A stretch of DNA of 64,000 bases from Cyanobacteria bacterium REEB67 (lineage in GTDB: Bacteria > Cyanobacteriota > Vampirovibrionia > Obscuribacterales > Obscuribacteraceae). Under the pieces are notes generated by a model. That model was not told where the DNA came from, made no database searches, and was given only the letters and a program-made list of their open reading frames with translations. The translations under genes and the position numbers were made by a program. Within the stretch, counting starts at the first letter, position 1, and each line of letters starts with the position of its first letter. Of this stretch, positions 52,572-61,765 are shown in pieces. The DNA lies in contig JAGXAB010000022.1 of assembly GCA_018971775.1 (NCBI GenBank), forward strand, positions 5,505-69,504. The letters run 5' to 3'.

Positions 52572-53348
52572 TTATTTAACCCTGGTCTGTCCCATCATCA
52601 TTAAATCGAGTTCGCCATTTCTGTTGTCCGGGACGAGCACGGCCATGGCATCTTTTACCGGCTTAAGGCCACTCGGAATGTCGAACTCCGATGACTTGAA
52701 TTTAGATTTTTTGCAAGTGGCCGTGGAAAGTTCAACGCTTTTTTTCTGCGATGTATCGACATATCGAAATTGCAACGGCACATCGTCCATCTCAGGAATG
52801 GCATAAAATCGACTCATCAGTCTGCCTACATGAGGGTCGCAATGAAGCGATCCGGTCGTGATATAAGTAATCTCCACCGGTGCTCCGGCATTGACCAATT
52901 GATTTTTTCGCCTGAGCATTTGTTCGCGGTCAAAACCCGGCCTTGCCGTGTATGTTTTACATGGCATCGCCAGATCTTCGCAGTTCTCTTTAAAAACAAT
53001 CGGCACTTCCGTTTTGGTATGGCCGTCAAAAAGAGACATCGCTCGCAAATACGGATTGCGAAATTCGGATGCCGAGGTCCGATAAATATTCTTCGTTTTA
53101 GTACAGTATATGGCTACTTCTTTCCAGGGCGCGCCGGCCAGGAGCGTCAACCCATTTTTAGGGATGAATATGCGCAAATTGTTTTTACTGACGGAGACAT
53201 CTAGCCCGCCATCGGTGCGATTTTGTTGATGCAGAAGCCAACCCTCGATCTGCGATTGCTGAGCATGATCCGGTTCGGCCGCCAGTGCGTATCCGAGCGA
53301 AGAGTAAAGCAGCGTTGCGATCAAGATCGAAAGGCGAATGTAAGACAT
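52572..53348 (-). CDS. Hypothetical secreted protein
   Basis: I chose the start at MSYIRLSILIATLLYSSLGYALA (signal peptide). I recognised no family motifs. It lies directly downstream of the TPR gene. Confidence 0.5.
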   Translation of the reverse strand: MSYIRLSILIATLLYSSLGYALAAEPDHAQQSQIEGWLLHQQNRTDGGLDVSVSKNNLRIFIPKNGLTLLAGAPWKEVAIYCTKTKNIYRTSASEFRNPYLRAMSLFDGHTKTEVPIVFKENCEDLAMPCKTYTARPGFDREQMLRRKNQLVNAGAPVEITYITTGSLHCDPHVGRLMSRFYAIPEMDDVPLQFRYVDTSQKKSVELSTATCKKSKFKSSEFDIPSGLKPVKDAMAVLVPDNRNGELDLMMMGQTRVK

Positions 53349-53409
53349 ATGAACCCTGGTCGTTGCCTCAACCATCCCGATTGTCTCACACGATGGTGCG
53401 CAGTGCCAA

Positions 53410-55059
53410 CTAGTCGGCCGCTGCAGGCTTGGCCAGCATGCTTCTATCCTGTTTGGCCAGATCCGGTTTGTTCAGGCGGTCGTAGCACTCGGCCCGATCC
53501 TGTAATGTCTGCGGTGCACCGGGATCCAATTTCAGAACAATGCTCTGGTCGGCAACCGCGCCTGTATAGTTCTTCTGTGCCTGTCTGGCCATACCGCGGA
53601 TCATATACGCGTAAACGATTTCGTTCAGTCTGGCACGGCTCGTTTCATTGTTTGCCACCATATCCAGATAACGGCTGGCGTACTTTTCGGCCAGAGGCCA
53701 GTCTGCAATAGCTTGCGCCGCTTCCATTTGAGCAAAAACTATGGCGCTGCTTTTCGGTTCGATTTTCGCCAGAATATTGAGCTGCTTACAGCGCTCCTTC
53801 CATTTTGACTGCTCTTTGTATACCTCAGCCAGAGCTTCATAGACGCGGTAATCACCTTTATGATCGGCAGCGATATCGCTGATCGTCATCGGCACTATTT
53901 TCTTTGCCTTGTCGCGATGGATGTATCTTCTCGATCCGCGATCCTTCAATAAAGTCAGGTCATCATAAGGAGCAGGTCCCTCTTTTGCCAGACTGGCTGC
54001 GCTTGCCGCCAGTACTTTTATTGCTTCGCGATGGCTGGCGTCGGCGATTTTCAGGCATGCTTGAAAATCGCGCTCGGCGTCTTGATAGCGGCCCAGTTTC
54101 AACTCTGCCTGGGCACTGGCCAGCGAAACGACTTGAGCCTGATCTTTGGCTGGCGTCTTTTTCGAAACTGCATCAGCGCATTCCAGCGCCATTTCGTACT
54201 GCCCGGTCATGACATAAAGTGAAGCCTGTCTGTTTTCCGGCATCGAGCGTGCAAAGGAGCGCACGCCCGACTGTTTTGAGCGGGCCAGTTCGGCCAGTTT
54301 CTTTTCGTCGGCTTGGGCCAGCTCAGGCTTGTTGATCTTGCGGTAAGCAAGGGCGCGATTGCGATAATTGATCGACCAGTTTGGGTGCTCGTCGATTGCT
54401 TTGCTCAGCTCTTTGATAGCGGTGGCGTAGTGTCCCATCATCAATTGATAGTAAGCGTCGGTGCCGGGATCGATATCGCTGTCTGTTTTGTCTTTGTCGT
54501 TTTTGTCTCCACGGTCTTTGCTCGCGTCGGAGTGTTTGAAGAAATTGTCCTCCGGATCTCGCAGCTTGCAAGCTTGCACATAGGCATCGTGAGCTTTAGT
54601 CCAGTTTTTTTTGCCTTCGTAATAGTTGGCCAGACCATATTGAATCGAGGCATTTTTCGGAAACATCTCGGCCAGGATCAGAGGCGCTTCGACATTCTTC
54701 TGGCGGGGCACTTCCTGCCTTGATTTGACCACCCAGGACTTTTTTGCTGTATCGTCTACGATGGTAAATGTTTTACCGTCAGTCTTGAAACTGCTTTTAT
54801 GTTTAGTGCGCATGACCGAGGCTCGCAGCATGTTGGCCATCCTCAATGTCTCGGCCGGACTGCTTGTTGTGATGTCGACTGGACCGCCATTGACTGAAGC
54901 TTTTATCACCGGTGCGTCATTCTGAAAAAATCGCGGCGCAAGAGTGCTCTCCGCTGCCAGCGTCGTTTGCCAGGCACACAAGTGCAACGCCAGGCCAGAG
55001 CTCAGGATGAGAAGATTGTTTTTGATCTGCGGTAGCGGCACTGCTCTATCCCCTGTCAT
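53410..55059 (-). CDS. Secreted TPR-repeat protein, 549 aa
   Basis: It has an N-terminal hydrophobic signal (LLILSSGLALHLCAWQTTLA) and multiple TPR-like units (e.g. AHDAYVQACKLRDP, AIKELSKAIDEHP, AVADQSIVLKLDP). Confidence 0.65.
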   Translation of the reverse strand: MTGDRAVPLPQIKNNLLILSSGLALHLCAWQTTLAAESTLAPRFFQNDAPVIKASVNGGPVDITTSSPAETLRMANMLRASVMRTKHKSSFKTDGKTFTIVDDTAKKSWVVKSRQEVPRQKNVEAPLILAEMFPKNASIQYGLANYYEGKKNWTKAHDAYVQACKLRDPEDNFFKHSDASKDRGDKNDKDKTDSDIDPGTDAYYQLMMGHYATAIKELSKAIDEHPNWSINYRNRALAYRKINKPELAQADEKKLAELARSKQSGVRSFARSMPENRQASLYVMTGQYEMALECADAVSKKTPAKDQAQVVSLASAQAELKLGRYQDAERDFQACLKIADASHREAIKVLAASAASLAKEGPAPYDDLTLLKDRGSRRYIHRDKAKKIVPMTISDIAADHKGDYRVYEALAEVYKEQSKWKERCKQLNILAKIEPKSSAIVFAQMEAAQAIADWPLAEKYASRYLDMVANNETSRARLNEIVYAYMIRGMARQAQKNYTGAVADQSIVLKLDPGAPQTLQDRAECYDRLNKPDLAKQDRSMLAKPAAAD

Positions 55060-55176
55060 CGTCTAGATAATTAAGCTATTTATTACCACACCATGTCCAC
55101 TGGATGACTCTATCCTTGTTATAAATTTGCGTTCTTAATTATGCTAAGCTTTCTATCCCTGGCTGGAGATGCAATT

Positions 55177-55809
55177 ATGGAAGAAGGACCGGAGCCCCAG
55201 GAGCTTATGGAGCAGGTCGAGGACAATATCCATGCCCGGCACGGCGAGGCTGCGGAAGCTCGGACCAGCTCGGCAGAACATAAGGCCCGTCACATGCGCT
55301 CGGCGATAACAGCGGCGATTCTGGCTGTTCTTGCCGCCCTTGGTTCTCTACTTTCGGGTCATGCCGCCAACGACGCCATTTTATTGCAGAGCAAAGCCTC
55401 CGACCAGTGGGCCTACTATCAGGCGAAGAGCACCAAAGGCCATCTGTATGAAGTGAACAAAACGCTGGTAGAAGCATTTATGCAGATGCAACAACCAAAA
55501 ACAGCAGCTGCGCAACTGGCAACCGGTGCCAGTAAACCACTGGAGCTTTTGAGTAAAGAAATAGACTCTAAGATGAAGGGTTACGATCAAGAGAAAAAAG
55601 TTGTCGAAGACAAAGCGACTGAACTCTCCGATGAAAGTACTCATGCCTTTGCCTCGCATGAATTGTATTCGTTTGGCGTGGCCTGTTTTCAGATCGGCAT
55701 AGTGCTCGCTTCGGTATCAATACTCGTAGAAAGTGCACCTTTGTATTTCATGAGCGTTGGCGGCGGCATAGTTGGCACGATACTTTTGCTTGCCGGTTAT
55801 TTCCGTTAA
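55177..55809 (+). CDS. DUF4337-like membrane protein
   Basis: AAILAVLAALGSLLSGHAANDAILLQSKASDQWAYYQAKSTKGHLYE, plus a C-terminal pair of TM helices, resembles DUF4337. The ATG at 55177 is preceded by ggaga. Confidence 0.5.
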   Translation: MEEGPEPQELMEQVEDNIHARHGEAAEARTSSAEHKARHMRSAITAAILAVLAALGSLLSGHAANDAILLQSKASDQWAYYQAKSTKGHLYEVNKTLVEAFMQMQQPKTAAAQLATGASKPLELLSKEIDSKMKGYDQEKKVVEDKATELSDESTHAFASHELYSFGVACFQIGIVLASVSILVESAPLYFMSVGGGIVGTILLLAGYFR

Positions 55810-56034
55810 ACGCAAAACTTGCTTATTGTGCGTCCGGGGTGGTGAAATTACCATGCCCGCGCCCATAAAATGCCTGGACAAAGTGATAACAGGCCCTTAC
55901 CCTGAAGCTATACACCTAGATTTTTATCCCCAGCGTTCTCTTCCCGAAGACCACGCTAGAGATCAATTACCGGGAGATAGCCTATCGAGACCTTTGATAC
56001 GACTAATAGCCCCGGCAGCGACAGGCAAGCGTCT

Positions 56035-57726
56035 GTGGTTACTAATCTGGCTCTGCGCGATTTGAGTAGCGATTTGCTCTCGAGATCGGTTGTTTCCGAG
56101 GCAAACTTCGTCGCCTCTGTCGACAGCACTCAAGTCGATCTTGTCTCCTATCACGGGCACAGTCATCATCATGGTAAAACCGGCAAGGGCCAAGAACCTG
56201 CCGCCCCGGCCGACAGCAATGTCATCGGCCCCTCACGCCGCCTGCCCTCTCAAACTGGCTTTCTGCACGCTATGGGCACCTACTGGCAGCAGATCACATC
56301 GGCCAAGCGTCACCATCGCTTTCTCACTGCTTTCCCACCTGTTTACGCCGGCATGGACGAGCCGCGAGTAGCACCGCCCACAGTGCCTCCCGCCGCTCCC
56401 GAGTCGTTCCGCAGTACCGGCCATCAGCCGTCCTTGAACGATCTCTACAATGCTTCCAAAGATCTCAATCGCATCGTCAGCCACGACAAAACCAGAGCTG
56501 ATTTTAAAACTCTGGAAGTAAGCGAGCCGGAATTTAAGAAACGCTACGCCGCCGAGACTCTGGTAATTGGCAAAAATTATGGACTCGATAGCGCCCACAT
56601 GGCCAATCTGGTCAAACGCATTTACGCCTTCGAGGACGGTGGGTGGGGTACCTATTACACCCTGTCGAGCATGCCGCAGGGTTTAATGGATGATAGTCAT
56701 AAACAGGAACGTCTAAATTTCCATCCTTCATCATCGGCAATGGGCTACAACCAGCTTTTGATCAAAAACACCACCAATGGTATCATCGATCACGGCTCTG
56801 CTATCGCCGACCGATTAGATGCGCTCGCCGCCCAGGAGCCGACCAGGGCAAAAGAGTTGCATGAAAAAGCAGAGCTCGTTCACGGCCTTCAGGATATTCT
56901 CACCCATAAAGCAAAAGTACCTCCGCATCACAAAGGTGATAAAAACCGACCATATTTTGTGCCGCAGAGCAAACTCGAGACAGCCATTCAAGGCCTCAAT
57001 CTCGATGGTGATATCGGCCCGATCATTCAAAGTCAGGAGCTGAACAGTCTGCTCAAGTATTCGGCGGCCAATAAATTTGGCGATTATCTCGCCTTGAAGA
57101 CGGCGCAGCAGACCACCCACGCCAGGGACTACGACAATCTCACTCCGGAGAAAAAAGCCGAGGCGGTCGAACAACTCTTTGCTTTGATCAAACCGAGTGA
57201 GATTCATCCGGCCAATCCGGCTATGGACGCGCCCTTCTATGCCACCAAAGAAGCGCTTCACCAAAAGGTCCTTCATCTTGGTCACATCGGTCAAGATCAC
57301 CGCCTCGAGCGGGAGAATTTGCCGGACATGGAATTTCGTATGATGAACAGCCAGGTGCTGACAATCCGGCGTTACGGTGGTGCCGGTGGACCTCTCAGTC
57401 CGGAAGCACGGGCTCTCCTCGATCGGGTCACTTCGGATTATTTTGGCGGCTTCAGCGCCGATAAATTACAGGCGGCTGCTATAGAGATGGCCAATCTCTC
57501 CGGTATGGGTACGGCGCAAACGATGCTGCAGCCGGATCACGGCAATTTGCCCACCTCAAACTTTTTTGCCCGGGATGGCTATCAAAGCAATCCCGTCACC
57601 AGTCGCCGCAGTGCCGATGAATTGCTGCTGCAGATTTATCGCATCATGCGCGGACCAAATGGTGATGCGACTAAGCCAGGCAATTCGCAATTTGACCAGG
57701 CCTTTAATAGCCTGAAGAAACCGTAG
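56035..57726 (+). CDS. Hypothetical protein, 563 aa, with a His-rich N-terminal patch
   Basis: This is a long ORF with coding-like composition. It has a SYHGHSHHHGKTG tract and no signal peptide. The GTG start is uncertain. Confidence 0.45.
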   Translation: MVTNLALRDLSSDLLSRSVVSEANFVASVDSTQVDLVSYHGHSHHHGKTGKGQEPAAPADSNVIGPSRRLPSQTGFLHAMGTYWQQITSAKRHHRFLTAFPPVYAGMDEPRVAPPTVPPAAPESFRSTGHQPSLNDLYNASKDLNRIVSHDKTRADFKTLEVSEPEFKKRYAAETLVIGKNYGLDSAHMANLVKRIYAFEDGGWGTYYTLSSMPQGLMDDSHKQERLNFHPSSSAMGYNQLLIKNTTNGIIDHGSAIADRLDALAAQEPTRAKELHEKAELVHGLQDILTHKAKVPPHHKGDKNRPYFVPQSKLETAIQGLNLDGDIGPIIQSQELNSLLKYSAANKFGDYLALKTAQQTTHARDYDNLTPEKKAEAVEQLFALIKPSEIHPANPAMDAPFYATKEALHQKVLHLGHIGQDHRLERENLPDMEFRMMNSQVLTIRRYGGAGGPLSPEARALLDRVTSDYFGGFSADKLQAAAIEMANLSGMGTAQTMLQPDHGNLPTSNFFARDGYQSNPVTSRRSADELLLQIYRIMRGPNGDATKPGNSQFDQAFNSLKKP

Positions 57727-57793
57727 CGCGTTTGTAAGTGTATTTTGTCCTGATTCGGATAAAATGTTCTAGTCGCCCGATTTGGAGGACAGG

Positions 57794-58801
57794 ATGAATA
57801 TCTGGCTCGGGTTTGTTTTCTGCGCAGGCGTGATCTTGTACGCCGGCACACAACTCAGTACGCAAGGAGAGGCAATTGCCGCCAGGACCGGACTGGGCCG
57901 CAGCTGGATCGGCCTGGTATTACTTGCCACCGTAACCTCACTGCCTGAGCTTATTAGCGGTGTTTCGGCGGTGACACTGCACGACCTTCCCAATCTGGCA
58001 GTCAGCGGCACTCTGGGAAGTTGCATGCTCAATATGGTGGTGATCGCTTCTCTCGATCTGGCATCGAAAAATCGCCCAGTTTCTCAACTGGTTCACGAAG
58101 GGCACATATTATCGGCTGGATTTTGCATCGTTTTGATCGGCTTTGCAGCCATCGATATCCTTTTTGGCAAGTATCTTCCCATTCTTACTGCTCTAAACTC
58201 GATCGATCCGATCAGTCTCGTATACATCGTCGTTTATTTAATGGCGATGAAGCTGATCTATGCTTTTGAAAAGAAACGCCGTCACGAATTTGTGGAAGAG
58301 GTGGCGCAGGCCGAAGAAGCAAAGGGTCAGTCGCTCAAACGATCAATTTTTATATTTGTCATTAATTCGATCGTAATTGTCGTAGCGGCGTGCTATCTGC
58401 CGGAGATAGCATCGCAAATTAGTAAGATGACCGGCTGGGGTGAGAGTTTCGTCGGTTCGTCCTTTGTAGCGGTGACAACTTGTCTGCCTGAAATAGCTGT
58501 CTCTTTTGCCGCTGCTCGCATGGCCAACTTTGATATGGCCGTCGCGAATTTACTTGGTAGCAACCTATTCAATATTTGTATTTTAGCAATCGTCGACCTT
58601 TGTTATTTGAAAGGCCCGCTATTGCGCTCTGTTTCTCAGGTTAACGCACTGACTGCGCTAACGACCATGATCGCCATGGGAATTGTGGTGATTGGATTGA
58701 CTTACCGGTCAGAAAAGAAATTTCTCTTTGTTGCCGGTGACGCCATCGCTATATTTTTTGTATGTCTGATGGCCAATGTGTTGTTGTTTGTAGTGCATTA
58801 G
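57794..58801 (+). CDS. Sodium/calcium exchanger (CaCA) family membrane protein
   Basis: It has two alpha-repeat motifs, GLVLLATVTSLPELISGVSAV and GSSFVAVTTCLPEIAVSFAAAR. The ATG at 57794 is preceded by ggagga. Confidence 0.8.
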   Translation: MNIWLGFVFCAGVILYAGTQLSTQGEAIAARTGLGRSWIGLVLLATVTSLPELISGVSAVTLHDLPNLAVSGTLGSCMLNMVVIASLDLASKNRPVSQLVHEGHILSAGFCIVLIGFAAIDILFGKYLPILTALNSIDPISLVYIVVYLMAMKLIYAFEKKRRHEFVEEVAQAEEAKGQSLKRSIFIFVINSIVIVVAACYLPEIASQISKMTGWGESFVGSSFVAVTTCLPEIAVSFAAARMANFDMAVANLLGSNLFNICILAIVDLCYLKGPLLRSVSQVNALTALTTMIAMGIVVIGLTYRSEKKFLFVAGDAIAIFFVCLMANVLLFVVH

Positions 58802-58818
58802 GATAAGACTCAGCTATT

Positions 58819-60618
58819 TTAGACGGAAATTGGTGCCGCTGCCCCAGTCGTCTGCGCACCATTTGTAAGCATCGAAGCAAGTCCCGAAGCCCCGGTCGGT
58901 GGTTTTTTCAGCCACGGAACAATGGCTATATTTTTTGCCAGTTCTTTTGACACTTCCTGGATGTATTGGTCCTCATTTCGCTTCCGGCTTAGCAAAACAG
59001 GATCTTTAGTATCCACTGGAGAAAGCGATTGATTGATAATCCAGGCAAATGGCTCAATGCCGGCGCGGCGCAAATCATCCTGCAAACGTCTTGCTTCATG
59101 TACTGGTGTCGCTTCCGCTAGAGTCACGATCAATATATGAGTAAAATTTGGATCGCGCAGGCGAGGCAAAAGCATCGAGACAGACTCCGGCATGTTACTT
59201 GATTGACGTAAGACTTCTCGGTGATAGGCCTGTGCCGCGTCCAAAAGCAAGATTGTGTGCCCGGTAGGAGCCGTGTCAAGGACAACAAAGCCTTGCTCTC
59301 CCTCGGCGACAATGTCGGCAAAGGATCTGAAAACGGCAACCTCTTCAGTGCAAGGTGAGCGCAAATCTTCCGCAAGTAATGCCTTTCCTTCAGAATCAAG
59401 ACCCGCGCCGGCAGTCTTCATGACCTCTCGCTGATAGGCTTCAGTCTCCAACTCTGGATCGATACGAGTGACAGTCAGCAGAGGCAGAGGCGAGTCGACT
59501 ACCCAGGAGACATGGGCCGCAGGATCGGTCGTACTGAGGTGCACTTTGTGTCCACGTCGGGCAAGCTCCACAGCAACAGCTGCCGCCACACTGGTTTTAC
59601 CGACACCGCCTTTGCCCATGGTCATAATTACACCTGGACCAAATTTCTCGAGCTGATCAATCAGTTGACCAAGTCCAGTGAATGTAATTTTGCTTGGGGA
59701 AGTGCTGTTGTCAGCGACATCAGCACTATCAGTGTCATTGAACAAATTTCGTAAGGATTTTACTCCAATTAAGGCTGCTGCACTCAAAACTATTTTTTTT
59801 AACGGCAAATCTACGAGCTCGCCCGGCATCTCTTCCATGGCGGCATTGGCCCTGACCTCAAAGGCCGTGGCAATCTCATCGCTTTTGTCCGCTGCCTTGA
59901 AGATGCCGTTGACGATCAAGCACTGATTCGTCACTCCAATTGCCTTCAGCTCTCTGCTTGTTTGCGCTGCTTCTCGCAACGCCGTTTTTTCCGGGCGCGC
60001 CACTAAGACCAGAGTCGTGCGCAGAGGATCTTTTAACGATTTTACAGCTGAGAGATATGTTTCTTGCTGTTGGGCAAGACCTGAAAGTGGCCCCAGGCAG
60101 GACATCCCGCTGGTATTTTCTGAGATAAAAGTACTCCAGGATTCAGGCAGCGATAATAGCCGCATGGTGTGACCGGTTGGAGCGGTGTCAAAAATAATGT
60201 GATCGAACGCTGCTGTCTCTTCCGCATTTCCGATCAGTGTGGCAAATTCATCAAAGGCGGCAATCTCGGTTGTGCATGAACCGGAGAGCTGTTCTTCCAT
60301 GCTCCGCACGGTCGCCTCCGGAAGCATGTTACGGTAAGGCCCGATCAATCTTTCACGATAGGCTTGGGCGGCCGATTCCGGATTGATATTGAGCGCAGAC
60401 AGGCCTGGCACCGAAGGGATCGGTGTAGCGTGTTGTCCTATGGCGACTTGCAGTACTTCGTCCAGATTTGAGGCCGGATCTGTGCTGACCAGCAGTACTT
60501 GTTTGCCTCTGTCTGCCAGTGCGACTGCCAGGGCGCATGATACCGAAGTTTTGCCGACCCCGCCCTTGCCGGTAAAAAACAAATAGCGCGTTGTATTCTC
60601 TAACAAATCCATCGACAC
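58819..60618 (-). CDS. arsA: Arsenite/antimonite-stimulated ATPase ArsA (two-halved)
   Basis: It has two P-loops (FTGKGGVGKTSV and MGKGGVGKTSV) and two DTAPTGHT signal-transduction motifs. Cys residues sit in SGSCTTEIAAFDEF, GMSCLGP and SPCTEEVAVF, matching the metalloid-binding cysteines. Confidence 0.92.
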   Translation of the reverse strand: MSMDLLENTTRYLFFTGKGGVGKTSVSCALAVALADRGKQVLLVSTDPASNLDEVLQVAIGQHATPIPSVPGLSALNINPESAAQAYRERLIGPYRNMLPEATVRSMEEQLSGSCTTEIAAFDEFATLIGNAEETAAFDHIIFDTAPTGHTMRLLSLPESWSTFISENTSGMSCLGPLSGLAQQQETYLSAVKSLKDPLRTTLVLVARPEKTALREAAQTSRELKAIGVTNQCLIVNGIFKAADKSDEIATAFEVRANAAMEEMPGELVDLPLKKIVLSAAALIGVKSLRNLFNDTDSADVADNSTSPSKITFTGLGQLIDQLEKFGPGVIMTMGKGGVGKTSVAAAVAVELARRGHKVHLSTTDPAAHVSWVVDSPLPLLTVTRIDPELETEAYQREVMKTAGAGLDSEGKALLAEDLRSPCTEEVAVFRSFADIVAEGEQGFVVLDTAPTGHTILLLDAAQAYHREVLRQSSNMPESVSMLLPRLRDPNFTHILIVTLAEATPVHEARRLQDDLRRAGIEPFAWIINQSLSPVDTKDPVLLSRKRNEDQYIQEVSKELAKNIAIVPWLKKPPTGASGLASMLTNGAQTTGAAAPISV

Positions 60619-60669
60619 ACCGTGGTTGAGATTGAGTGTACGTACTCGAATGCCGGATCTGAGGAAGTA

Positions 60670-61050
60670 TTATTCCTTGGAGCAACATCCGGAAGCCGGG
60701 GACCCGGTAGTTTCTACCGTGAATTTCAGGGACGAGCTGCCGCTTGCAAGTTCTACACCGACCAGCTTAGCCAGAGATTGCTTATCCGGGTAAATCCCCT
60801 TAAATGCGACTTTGCCATCCATGAGAACAATTGGCAAACAATTATTTCCCTCAATTTTCAGCAACTGGCAAACTGGCTCGTTATTGACAAAAGCCGCCGT
60901 CTGCTGCGTCAGATTGTAGCGCTCAATTTCAATACCCTGGCGTTTAAGCCAATCCAAATTTGCTGCAAATTCTACCAGGGCCGGATCGACACCTGGTCCG
61001 CACAGACCGGTCGAACAGCACATTGGGGGATCAAAAATTTGGATTTTCAT
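60670..61050 (-). CDS. arsD: Arsenic metallochaperone / operon regulator ArsD
   Basis: The N-terminus MKIQIFDPPMCCSTGLCGPGVDP carries the Cys12-Cys13-Cys18 triad. It sits directly upstream of arsA. Confidence 0.9.
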   Translation of the reverse strand: MKIQIFDPPMCCSTGLCGPGVDPALVEFAANLDWLKRQGIEIERYNLTQQTAAFVNNEPVCQLLKIEGNNCLPIVLMDGKVAFKGIYPDKQSLAKLVGVELASGSSSLKFTVETTGSPASGCCSKE

Positions 61051-61381
61051 AGAGACGCTCCCGGGCGACTAACATCACGCCTGACACCACATAAGACGTC
61101 ACGCTAGTTGAGAATGCTACTGCCGCCCATTTGGTCAGTCTACAACTTGGTAATCAATCTACTATCGTCCCTTCGGTTGATTTGCAAAAAATCTGGCATG
61201 CATCATTTGACTGGAGGCCCCAGCTTCTTGACCATGTTTTCGAATGTGCGGCGCAGGTGGCGGTCCTGAATGTTTTCAATAACCGATTATGCATGAGAGC
61301 CAAGCCATGTCTTAGACTTTCCAGTCTGGCCTTGGTTAACGCACTGCATCAACTTATTGCTGGCTGCCAGAGAATCGTGTA

Positions 61382-61609
61382 ATGAAAAAGAAGCAGACTC
61401 CGGTAAACAAGCCCGTATTTGTGACTGTTGGGCACTCTACTTGTCCAATTCAGGACCTGGTTGAGCTGCTGCATTCCAGTGGTGTCAAGATGTTGATCGA
61501 TGTTCGCAGATTCTCGAATGTGATAGTCGGTTTGCTGATAGCCATGTCAATGTTCGCTCAGGCGAAACATCGCAGGCGGCCTCTGGTAGTGCGTTACTAC
61601 CGATGTTGA
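61382..61609 (+). pseudogene. Truncated DUF488-family gene
   Basis: The first ~45 residues (KPVFVTVGHSTCPIQDLVELLHSSGVKMLIDVRRFS) match the DUF488 N-terminus. The rest of the ORF bears no resemblance and ends early. Confidence 0.45.
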
Positions 61610-61765
61610 CACGATGCCTCGTCTTTTAATGATCTCCTCCACCGGTTTGGCGCTTGTCGGCTACGAGGAGAGTTTTATCTAATCCTGAGGCAGAGCTAAT
61701 CTTCATGCGAAACTGGCACTGGTATCATAATCTCGATGTCAGGGTAACAGTAAGGCTTTAGACTG

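Noticed and set aside
61131-61382. An 83-aa plus-strand ORF upstream of arsD (divergent). I considered it as a possible arsR.
   Set aside because: It has no ArsR/SmtB helix-turn-helix or CXC metal-binding motif, and its composition is poor. The minus strand gives only short frames.
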